In this document: one piece after another, positions 1 through 6,298 of the stretch
How positions within the stretch are numbered: position 1 is the stretch's first letter
Layout: each line of letters starts with the position of its first letter
Source: a virus
IMG/VR virus record: IMGVR_UViG_3300045988_111817
Span: 1 to 33,616 of that record
Length of the DNA stretch: 33,616 bases
Reading direction: 5' to 3' (one strand)
Made by a program: the position numbers and the translations under genes
Notes under the pieces: model-generated
Database searches by the model: none
Seen by the model: only the letters and a program-made list of their open reading frames with translations
What the model was told of the DNA's origin: nothing

Positions 1-141
1 CCGCATTCCGTTATGGGCAATGTCATATTTTTGAAAGCCGACCAAAATCATACGGGTTATCCCGAAAACTCGACAACGCTTATCACGGACGAACTCATTT
101 TACTGCGGGCGTTCGACGCAAAAGAGCCGAATAATACGGAC
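1..141. repeat. Terminal overlap, left copy. It is identical to 33476-33616, which indicates a circular contig with a 33475-bp unit genome.
   Basis: Direct comparison of the first 141 nt with the last 141 nt shows no mismatch. The offset is 33475. Confidence 0.95.
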
Positions 142-1107
142 GGCAATAGACGAGATTACGGCAACAACAGATATTCCGTATCGAACATAGACCATTGGTT
201 GAACTCGACGGCTTCTGCGGGGCAATGGTATTCGCCGCAACACGCAACAGACCAGTCACCGAACAGCACAAGCGTTGTGTCGCGAAACCCTTACGACACG
301 GATGCAGGATTTTTGACGGGTTTTGACGCTCGCTTCATTGCCGCAATTCAAGACACGACAATCAAGGTCGCACGCAACACCGTAACGGACGGGGGCGGTT
401 ATGACACGCTTACAAGGAAAGTCTTTTTGCCGTCCAAAGCGGAACTCTTTAATCAAGCCGAAAACTCGATTATGGAAGGCTCGCTGTTACAATATTTTCA
501 AGCAAACACAAACGCTATTAGAATAGCGAAAATATCCACCTACGCCGCAGAAGACAATAATAACAAAGGTCCGTCAAGCGTTACAGCGGGTACGGCTTCG
601 TACTATTGGATGAGAACACCCTACTCGTCGTACTCGTACTGTGTTCGCTTTGTCAATTCAGACGGTTCACTGTACTACCTCTATGCGTACTACGGAGACT
701 ACGGGGTTCGTCCGCTTTGTAATCTGAACTCTGAAACTCCCGTGTCAGACCAACCCGATAGCGACGGTTATTACTCGTTACTATTGGACGCAACAGGCGA
801 AATCGAACTTACTTACAATGTCAAGGAAACCGCAACAATGCCCACTGCTGTCAATATCGAATTAGACCTTGTAAAGACCTTTGGTTGCTCTACAACGGTC
901 GAAATTTGCAACAACGGTAATGATACCGTCCCCGTGTGGGAAGACGTTTCTACGGTCGTTAAATCGGGCGTAAACCATATCTTCGCAAACAAGACAAAGA
1001 CAGCGGACAAATGGAAAGTTGTCATCAAAATTCATATCGTGCGAAATGCCACTGTTGGCGATATAAAACTCTACGGGGTTAAGACTACATTTAAGGAAGA
1101 ACTGTAA
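13..1107 (+). CDS. DGR target (variable) protein, main body. The ORF-track start at 13 is internal.
   Basis: The 364-aa ORF contains the VR at 618-716. The motif YYWMRTP...VRFVNSDG...GVRP resembles the ligand-binding end of C-type-lectin/DUF6273-like DGR targets. About 129 aa follow the VR. Confidence 0.9.
   Translation: MGNVIFLKADQNHTGYPENSTTLITDELILLRAFDAKEPNNTDGNRRDYGNNRYSVSNIDHWLNSTASAGQWYSPQHATDQSPNSTSVVSRNPYDTDAGFLTGFDARFIAAIQDTTIKVARNTVTDGGGYDTLTRKVFLPSKAELFNQAENSIMEGSLLQYFQANTNAIRIAKISTYAAEDNNNKGPSSVTAGTASYYWMRTPYSSYSYCVRFVNSDGSLYYLYAYYGDYGVRPLCNLNSETPVSDQPDSDGYYSLLLDATGEIELTYNVKETATMPTAVNIELDLVKTFGCSTTVEICNNGNDTVPVWEDVSTVVKSGVNHIFANKTKTADKWKVVIKIHIVRNATVGDIKLYGVKTTFKEEL
618..716 (+). 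repeat. DGR variable repeat (VR)
   Basis: 99-nt alignment to 32177-32275 with 13 mismatches. Twelve are at TR adenines: VR 631, 640, 641, 650, 673, 676, 679, 680, 682, 691, 697, 700. One is G to T at VR 649. Confidence 0.92.
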
Positions 1108-1108
1108 A

Positions 1109-1342
1109 ATGGAAGAAAAAATCTTACTTATCGGCAAACTAATACAAGAAGGTATCGAGGGCGAAGCGGAAGCGTTAAAGGACTATAACCGTGAACTTGC
1201 GGAAATCTATGCCCTTGACGCGGAAACGGGCGATAAATGCGCTCCTATCATCGCGGAAATCATATCCGATGAACTCAACCACATCTCGAAACTTACGGCA
1301 TTGTACACCGAACTGACGGGCATTGCCGAAAACAAGGAGTAA
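1109..1342 (+). CDS. Small two-helix protein with a rubrerythrin/ferritin-like half-site pattern
   Basis: RBS AAGGAAG lies upstream. The 77-aa protein has EGEAEALKDY in helix 1 and DELNH (ExxH) in helix 2. Confidence 0.7.
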   Translation: MEEKILLIGKLIQEGIEGEAEALKDYNRELAEIYALDAETGDKCAPIIAEIISDELNHISKLTALYTELTGIAENKE

Positions 1343-1344
1343 TT

Positions 1345-1818
1345 ATGGAACTTAACATTAAACTTATCGGAAACATCGGCAGATTGAACAAGCGAGAGCC
1401 GTTCATTTTGGCAGACAACGAAAAACTTGTCCTTAACTTTTCCTGCGCCACGCCACTGACAGACTATTACATCGAACTCAAAAACGGCGACAAATCGGCA
1501 AAATACCGCCTTAACGCCGTGTCCACCTATGAAGTGCCGAACGAACTCTTACAGGCAGGAACTTTGGAAGTCACCGTGAGCCTGTTGTATCAAGGTAAAA
1601 TCGTCGTCACCTACACCGTCGAGCCTATTATCATTGCTCTTATAGACAACGGCTACAAGGGCTTTGCTGAACTCGACGAGGTAAAAGCAAAGTACGACTT
1701 GCTTATGGCGAACTACAACGAACTTGTCAGCAAGATAAATCAAGTCATCGACACCGCGAACAGACAGCAGGAAGATATACAAAAACTGTACAACGCGGTT
1801 GAACAAGGCGAATTTTAG
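1345..1818 (+). CDS. Hypothetical protein with a beta-rich N-terminus and a coiled-coil C-terminus, possibly fibre-associated
   Basis: RBS AAGGAG lies 6 nt upstream of the ATG. The 157-aa ORF is tightly packed behind the previous gene. Confidence 0.75.
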   Translation: MELNIKLIGNIGRLNKREPFILADNEKLVLNFSCATPLTDYYIELKNGDKSAKYRLNAVSTYEVPNELLQAGTLEVTVSLLYQGKIVVTYTVEPIIIALIDNGYKGFAELDEVKAKYDLLMANYNELVSKINQVIDTANRQQEDIQKLYNAVEQGEF

Positions 1819-1885
1819 CGTGCTACCGCTCAAAAAATCTAACTGCTCTCGTCGGGTAGCAACGGCACGGGCAAAGGAGTAATCT

Positions 1886-2410
1886 ATGTTTGGAGCATTA
1901 TCACTTACGGCTGAACAAATCGACCAACTTCGCAACATCGCGGCAGTCGGCGGCAAATGGCTTATGGCGGCGTTTACTGCACTCGGCGGCATTACGGGCA
2001 TCGTGAAGATTATCACGACCGTTGTCAGCAAGAAAAAACCCGTCAAACTCAATCAATCGGACTACGAAGCAATCGCAAACGCTATCGTCGATAAAACAAA
2101 CGGCAGTATCGAAATCAATATGTCGTCCGAAATCGACAAGGCAACGCGTAACAGACTTGCAGAAGTCGAGAAAGTCAACGGCGAACTTGTCAAGGCTTGC
2201 AAACAACTTGTAAAATCGCAAAAAGCAATCGCAAACGCTGTTTCGGACTTTAAGACCATATCTACATCGGCGCGTGACGAACTCAAAGCAAGTATGAATG
2301 ACCTTGCGGACGGCGAAAACGGGCTTGTGGCGGTCGAAACGCCCAAAGTCGATAAACCTATCGTCAAAATCGAAAAAGTGGCAGAAAACGAAAATACGCC
2401 CTTGTATTAA
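1886..2410 (+). CDS. Single-pass membrane protein with a long helical tail, holin-like candidate
   Basis: RBS AAAGGAG. The hydrophobic segment WLMAAFTALGGITGIVKIITTVV is followed by KKK. Confidence 0.7.
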   Translation: MFGALSLTAEQIDQLRNIAAVGGKWLMAAFTALGGITGIVKIITTVVSKKKPVKLNQSDYEAIANAIVDKTNGSIEINMSSEIDKATRNRLAEVEKVNGELVKACKQLVKSQKAIANAVSDFKTISTSARDELKASMNDLADGENGLVAVETPKVDKPIVKIEKVAENENTPLY

Positions 2411-2422
2411 GGGGGTGATGAT

Positions 2423-2929
2423 ATGAAACGAAACCCGAAAACTATAATGTCGGCTATAATGGAGTACATTGTGCTTATTGCGCCGACTGCGGGATATGCG
2501 ATTTATTCGTACACAGACACCCTGCAATACACGATGTCCGCGAACTCAAAAGGGTTCTTTTGGACGCTTATCAGCCTTGCTATTCTTTGCGCGATAATCT
2601 ACGGCATTTTTAAGTCAAGGTATGACGAGTATCTTAAAGGCTATTACCAACACAAAGCGGACTTGAAAGTCGCGGATAACCCGTCGGAACTGTTAGTCAA
2701 GACCGTTGCGAAAGAAGAAAAGGTCGTGTCGAATATAACCTACATTCCGATTATGTTTTATCTTCTTATGGCGTTGGCTGTTTTGTCGGCGTTCCGCGAT
2801 GCAATCGAAAAACTTGAACTCATTATCGAAATCATTGCGGCGAGTGTATTCGGCAAAGTGTGCTTGCATTGCTTGACTACACATTTGCGGGAAGTCGCAA
2901 CGATAAAAAAGGACGGTGACACCGAATGA
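2423..2929 (+). CDS. Multi-pass membrane protein, holin-like candidate
   Basis: RBS GGGGGTG. The 168-aa protein has about four hydrophobic helices. Confidence 0.7.
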   Translation: MKRNPKTIMSAIMEYIVLIAPTAGYAIYSYTDTLQYTMSANSKGFFWTLISLAILCAIIYGIFKSRYDEYLKGYYQHKADLKVADNPSELLVKTVAKEEKVVSNITYIPIMFYLLMALAVLSAFRDAIEKLELIIEIIAASVFGKVCLHCLTTHLREVATIKKDGDTE

Positions 2930-3969
2930 GTAGCGAACGAAAAAGAGTGGTGCTTGTCGGCAGTCGAATAACCATTAACGCGGCAATATCGTTGTGTATC
3001 ACTGCGGCGTTGATTTTGTCGAGTTTCTTTATCTTCAAAGGTATCGAAACGCAAGTATCAGGCAAGGACTTTTGGATACAAAAATCGGTTATGGCGGTCG
3101 CAACATTCTTGTTAATGTTCTCTATTGCGAACGTGACTGAAAACATAATGCTCGCCAAAGACAAGGATATAAACGACCGTTTGAACGCGTTAGACACGCA
3201 CTATCAGACCATAATGGCGAACTACGAAACCGCCGACCTTGAAACCTACATCGAGAACCTGAACATTGCAAACAAGTACAAAAATTATATCCATAAATGG
3301 AAGAAGAAACTACGCTTTGCAAGTCGTTTCAAAAAATGGGGAACGCCGAAAAGGCTCGAACGAATAAACAAGGCGTTGACCGTTACAGCGGAAGACCTTT
3401 GGGAAAGCGGACAAAAAGTCAAGTATCATCGGATAACTTTCAGCCAAATGGTTAGTGGCGCGAACGATGTGTCACCGAACGACGACGAAAGCGATCTGCG
3501 GTCGCACAAAGCCCGCTACGGCGCACAAAAGTTTGGGTGGAAGATTTTATCACTTGTTGCGTTTGGCGCGTTTTCAGGGCAATTATTGTACTCGTGGCAG
3601 GACTTCAACAAAGGAATGATTATCCCGCTGATTTTTCAGTGCGTAACAATCTTAATCTCAATCTATTCGGGGATATGTTTCGGATGCGCTATGAACGAAC
3701 GCACGAAACAGACCTTAAAGCGCAAGTTAAAGATATTTTCGCAATTCCGATATAAGATGAACAACAAGGTTGACGGCGTTGCGAACTTGGGTGTGGAAGT
3801 CATTAAAGATTTGGAAGTCGAAAGAGCGAAAGAAAAGTCCAACAACCCTATCAAGCGTACGTTTGATGACACATTCGGGAGCGGACAGCCCGTTAAGGCG
3901 GGAGCGTTCGTCGGAAAACTCATATCTTCTACAATAGATATTGAAGCGGAAAAAATGACTGCAAATTAA
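2926..3969 (+). CDS. Membrane protein of unknown function with two N-terminal and two C-terminal TM helices
   Basis: Its ATGA start overlaps the upstream stop. The 347-aa ORF is the last gene before the terminator hairpin. Confidence 0.7.
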   Translation: MSSERKRVVLVGSRITINAAISLCITAALILSSFFIFKGIETQVSGKDFWIQKSVMAVATFLLMFSIANVTENIMLAKDKDINDRLNALDTHYQTIMANYETADLETYIENLNIANKYKNYIHKWKKKLRFASRFKKWGTPKRLERINKALTVTAEDLWESGQKVKYHRITFSQMVSGANDVSPNDDESDLRSHKARYGAQKFGWKILSLVAFGAFSGQLLYSWQDFNKGMIIPLIFQCVTILISIYSGICFGCAMNERTKQTLKRKLKIFSQFRYKMNNKVDGVANLGVEVIKDLEVERAKEKSNNPIKRTFDDTFGSGQPVKAGAFVGKLISSTIDIEAEKMTAN

Positions 3970-4051
3970 AGACAAAACCCTCGGCATTTCGTCGGGGGCT
4001 TTGCTTTCCAAATCGGAGTGTAAAAATGATGTCAGTCGTTCGTGTGGCGAC
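3968..4051 (-). ncRNA. Candidate short non-coding transcript of about 80 nt
   Basis: It lies between the perfect promoter at 4086-4058 and the hairpin plus T-run at 3998-3968. It has no SD-linked ORF. It contains the CU-rich stretch ACACUCCGAUUUGG. Confidence 0.3.
3978..4009 (+). terminator. Putative intrinsic terminator at the end of the late operon, possibly bidirectional
   Basis: Stem CCCTCGG (3978-3984) pairs with TCGGGGG (3992-3998), including two G-U pairs. The loop is CATTTCG and CTTTGCTTTCC follows. On the minus strand the same hairpin is followed by TTTTGTCTTT. Confidence 0.5.
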
Positions 4052-4057
4052 AATGGT

Positions 4058-4086
4058 ATTATAGCATAGTGTTTAGTCTTTGTCAA
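4058..4086 (-). promoter_or_regulatory. Sigma-A/sigma-70 type promoter with perfect consensus
   Basis: On the minus strand, TTGACA (4086-4081) is followed by a 17-nt spacer and TATAAT (4063-4058). Confidence 0.65.
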
Positions 4087-4237
4087 TACCAAACCATATT
4101 TTTTTTGCGTTTTCGGGCAATTTATCAGGCGCGGCGGGCTTGATATTCGCAAAGTCCTTGTCGGGCGCGGGCGACTGCAACGCCTTTCGTATTTCTTCGA
4201 TTTTCTTTTTGTCGGTAATTATAACGTTCTCGTTCAT
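4073..4237 (-). CDS. Possible 54-aa ORF, below the ORF-track length cutoff
   Basis: The minus-strand ORF runs from ATG at 4237 to TAA at 4075-4073 and encodes MNENVIITDKKKIEEIRKALQSPAPDKDFANIKPAAPDKLPENAKKIWFGIDKD. It is downstream of the 4362-4334 promoter, but no Shine-Dalgarno sequence is visible. Confidence 0.35.
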   Translation of the reverse strand: MNENVIITDKKKIEEIRKALQSPAPDKDFANIKPAAPDKLPENAKKIWFGIDKD

Positions 4238-4238
4238 A

Positions 4239-4256
4239 GTTATAGATATCTACAAC
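4239..4256. promoter_or_regulatory. 18-bp imperfect palindrome, candidate operator
   Basis: GTTATAGATATCTACAAC has 8 of 9 symmetric pairs. It abuts the start codon of the minus-strand ORF. Confidence 0.35.
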
Positions 4257-4333
4257 AGTAGAAATTAAATAAGGTTTATAAACAGTGTTGCCACGTCATC
4301 GCCTTACAAAGGGGAAACTTAAATGTTAATTTT

Positions 4334-4362
4334 ATTATAAGCCATTATCCGCAAAAAGTCAA
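4334..4362 (-). promoter_or_regulatory. Leftward promoter, divergent from the early promoter
   Basis: On the minus strand, TTGACT (4362-4357) is followed by a 17-nt spacer and TATAAT (4339-4334). Confidence 0.6.
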
Positions 4363-4396
4363 GCATAAATTTTATAAAAAAATTGCAACAAAAGTA

Positions 4397-4425
4397 TTGA
4401 CAAATGCAAGAAAGGGGTGTATGAT
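4397..4425 (+). promoter_or_regulatory. Early rightward promoter P1
   Basis: TTGACA (4397-4402), 17-nt spacer, TATGAT (4420-4425). A TG lies just upstream and the upstream flank is A-rich. Confidence 0.65.
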
Positions 4426-4431
4426 ATAAGA

Positions 4432-4546
4432 GTAATCGATATTCGGCGAGTGGTTCCCTCGGGTATCGGAAACTGAATATCGGTTATCCACAACCGCTTA
4501 AACAATCTCGTGAACCACCTACGGAGAAAGTTTAGGCGGTTTTTTT
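4432..4546 (+). promoter_or_regulatory. Structured leader RNA of about 115 nt that ends in an intrinsic terminator, upstream of the replisome organiser gene
   Basis: A 13-bp stem forms between 4432-4444 and 4475-4487. An inner hairpin pairs 4447-4450 with 4458-4461. The terminator lies at 4494-4546. The apical loops GTGGTTC (4450-4456) and GAACCAC (4512-4518) are complementary. Confidence 0.5.
4494..4546 (+). terminator. Intrinsic terminator inside the early leader
   Basis: CCGCTTAAAC (4494-4503) pairs with GTTTAGGCGG (4530-4539). An upper stem lies around 4506-4527. TTTTTTT (4540-4546) follows. Confidence 0.6.
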
Positions 4547-4565
4547 GTGGGACAAAAGGAGCATT

Positions 4566-5390
4566 ATGGCAGAAAAAAGGTATTATTGGCTAAAACTTAA
4601 AGAGAACTATTTTGATAGCCCAAAAATCAAAAAGTTGAGAAAAATTGCGGGCGGAGATACATACACGATTATCTATCTTAAACTGCAATTATTAAGCATT
4701 AAAAATAACGGCATTATCGAATACGAAAAGATAGAGCCGACTTTTCAGGAAGAACTTGCTTTGAAACTTGACGAAGATGTTGAAAACATAAGTGTTACGC
4801 TTTCTTACTTGCAATCGCAAGGGTTAGTAGATGTCAACGAAAACAATGATTTCTTCCTTATAGAAGCAAGTAATAACATAGGAAGCGAAAGCGAAAGTGC
4901 TGAAAGAGTTAGGCTTTTTAGAGAAAGGAAAAATCAAATAGCGTTACAATGTAACGATAGTGTAACGGAAGTGAAACAAATCTCTATATCTAATTCTAAC
5001 TCTAACTCTAATTCTAACTCTAATTCTAATAATAAGGATAAGAAAGACAGCGAGATTGAGCAGGAATTTGAAGAAGTATGGAAAATCTATCCCCGAAAGG
5101 AAGATAAGAAAAAGGCTTTTTCGGCTTATAAGACTGCGAGAAAAAAAGCAAGTTTTGACGAAATCAAAAAAGGTGTTGAAACTTATAGCAATCACATAAG
5201 AGTTAGCAACACCGACAAGCGATACATAAAACTCGGAGCGACTTATTTCAACGGCGAGTGCTGGGCGAACAATTACGAACAAAGCGAGCCGCAAGAAGAA
5301 CTGATTAAAGGCAAATACACAAGATCGCAAGTTGAAGAATTTGCGAAACAACTAAACATAAGTTATGAAAAAGCATTGAAATGCTGTTAA
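4566..5390 (+). CDS. Phage replisome organiser with a DnaD-like C-terminal part
   Basis: RBS AAGGAG (4556-4561). The N-terminus MAEKRYYWLKLKENYFDSPKIKKL...YTIIYLKLQLLS is the typical replisome-organiser N-domain. The C-terminal part has the FEEVWKIYPRKEDKKKA motif. The TTG at 4545 was rejected as the start. Confidence 0.85.
   Translation: MAEKRYYWLKLKENYFDSPKIKKLRKIAGGDTYTIIYLKLQLLSIKNNGIIEYEKIEPTFQEELALKLDEDVENISVTLSYLQSQGLVDVNENNDFFLIEASNNIGSESESAERVRLFRERKNQIALQCNDSVTEVKQISISNSNSNSNSNSNSNNKDKKDSEIEQEFEEVWKIYPRKEDKKKAFSAYKTARKKASFDEIKKGVETYSNHIRVSNTDKRYIKLGATYFNGECWANNYEQSEPQEELIKGKYTRSQVEEFAKQLNISYEKALKCC
4989..5030 (+). repeat. Seven tandem hexamers TCTAA(C/T) encoding (Ser-Asn)7
   Basis: Read directly from the sequence. 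The repeat is in frame in the linker between the two domains of the organiser protein. Confidence 0.9.
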
Positions 5391-5399
5391 GGAGTGATT

Positions 5400-6188
5400 A
5401 TGAAAAGAAATAAAGAACTGTATTTTAAGGCATTAAGGAACTATGAACTTGCGAGCGACGAAGTATTGCGGGACGATGTGATTTATTGCGCGAACTGCAA
5501 CACGATAAGGGTGTTTCCCGACTTTGTGAACGACGACGGAACGCTGATACATATCGCTTGTCAATGCCGTGATATGGCGCATCGGAAGTTGGAGAACGCC
5601 GAGAAAGAATGGGCGAGAAAACAAAAGATTGCACAGTTAAAGGAAATCTCGCTTATGGACGAAAGATATTCGACGGTATCGTTCCTGAACACGAGAACGG
5701 ACAACCCTGAACTGAAAAAGGCGTATGACAAGTGTGTCGATTATTGCCTTAACGCACAAAAGAACTGCTATGACGGCAAAGGCGTTTACATCAGCGGGGC
5801 TGTCGGGGTTGGCAAAACGCACTTAACGGCGTGTATGGCGAACGAACTATTGGAGCAGGGCTTTAAGGTTAAGTTTACGAACATAAGCCGTATTGCCGAC
5901 CTTATATTGACGAACGATACGACCGAACTCAATCAAGTGCGAAATTGCGACTTCCTGTTTTTGGACGATTTCGGGAAAGAGTTGGTGTGGAAAAACGGCT
6001 CGGACGGGTGGTTGCAACAAAAGGTATTCAATCTTATAAACGACCGATATAACGCAATGCGCCCGATGATATTCTCGTCGAACTACACGCTTATGGACTT
6101 GTTGGCAAAACACTACGACCGCGCGACAATCGACAGAATAAGGGAAATGTGCGAGCAGATTGAAGTCAAGGGGGAGAATTGGCGTTAA
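5400..6188 (+). CDS. DnaC/DnaI-like AAA+ helicase loader
   Basis: RBS AAGGAG (5389-5394). Walker A is GAVGVGKTHL and Walker B is DFLFLDDFG. Confidence 0.85.
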   Translation: MKRNKELYFKALRNYELASDEVLRDDVIYCANCNTIRVFPDFVNDDGTLIHIACQCRDMAHRKLENAEKEWARKQKIAQLKEISLMDERYSTVSFLNTRTDNPELKKAYDKCVDYCLNAQKNCYDGKGVYISGAVGVGKTHLTACMANELLEQGFKVKFTNISRIADLILTNDTTELNQVRNCDFLFLDDFGKELVWKNGSDGWLQQKVFNLINDRYNAMRPMIFSSNYTLMDLLAKHYDRATIDRIREMCEQIEVKGENWR

Positions 6189-6298
6189 TAAGCAATGCAC
6201 CGTTTGGGCGGGAACGGAGCAAATACACAAAAACATAATAAAATAACACCCATAGTCGGGGAACCGCCCTTTCTCGGCTGACATAAGGAGATAGAAAA

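Noticed and set aside
731-750. Homing hairpin downstream of the VR
   Set aside because: Only a 5-bp stem (TCTGA/TCAGA) with a 10-nt loop could be drawn. That is too weak to call a functional element without comparative support.
3727-4152. 141-aa minus-strand ORF spanning the end of the late operon
   Set aside because: It runs through the terminator hairpin and the perfect minus-strand promoter, and it overlaps the 3' end of the 347-aa gene. It has no RBS.
4080-4268. 62-aa + strand ORF in the control region
   Set aside because: It has no RBS and no promoter upstream, since it follows the late terminator. It is antisense to the minus-strand signals. It is most likely spurious.
4445-4475. tRNA-like or fluoride-riboswitch-like sequence in the early leader (GGCGAGTGGTTCCCTC and CCACCTAC)
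   Set aside because: No cloverleaf can be drawn, and the conserved fluoride-riboswitch elements are not present in order. The resemblance is limited to a few bases.
4545-4565. TTG start for the replisome organiser. The same issue applies to the TTG at 32380 for the RT and the GTG at 5394 for the loader.
   Set aside because: The downstream ATG codons (4566, 32419, 5400) have properly spaced AAGGAG-type sites and give the N-termini typical of these families. The TTG at 4545 lies inside the terminator T-run.
4989-5030. CRISPR-like array
   Set aside because: The units are 6 nt with no spacers, and they are in frame inside a gene. This is a simple tandem repeat. No CRISPR array or tRNA gene was seen anywhere in the window.
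6189-6298. Possible terminator or small RNA between the loader gene and the next ORF (GGGCGG ... CCGCCC)
   Set aside because: The complementary arms are about 50 nt apart, with no convincing inner structure and only a weak T-run. No promoter hexamers are present.
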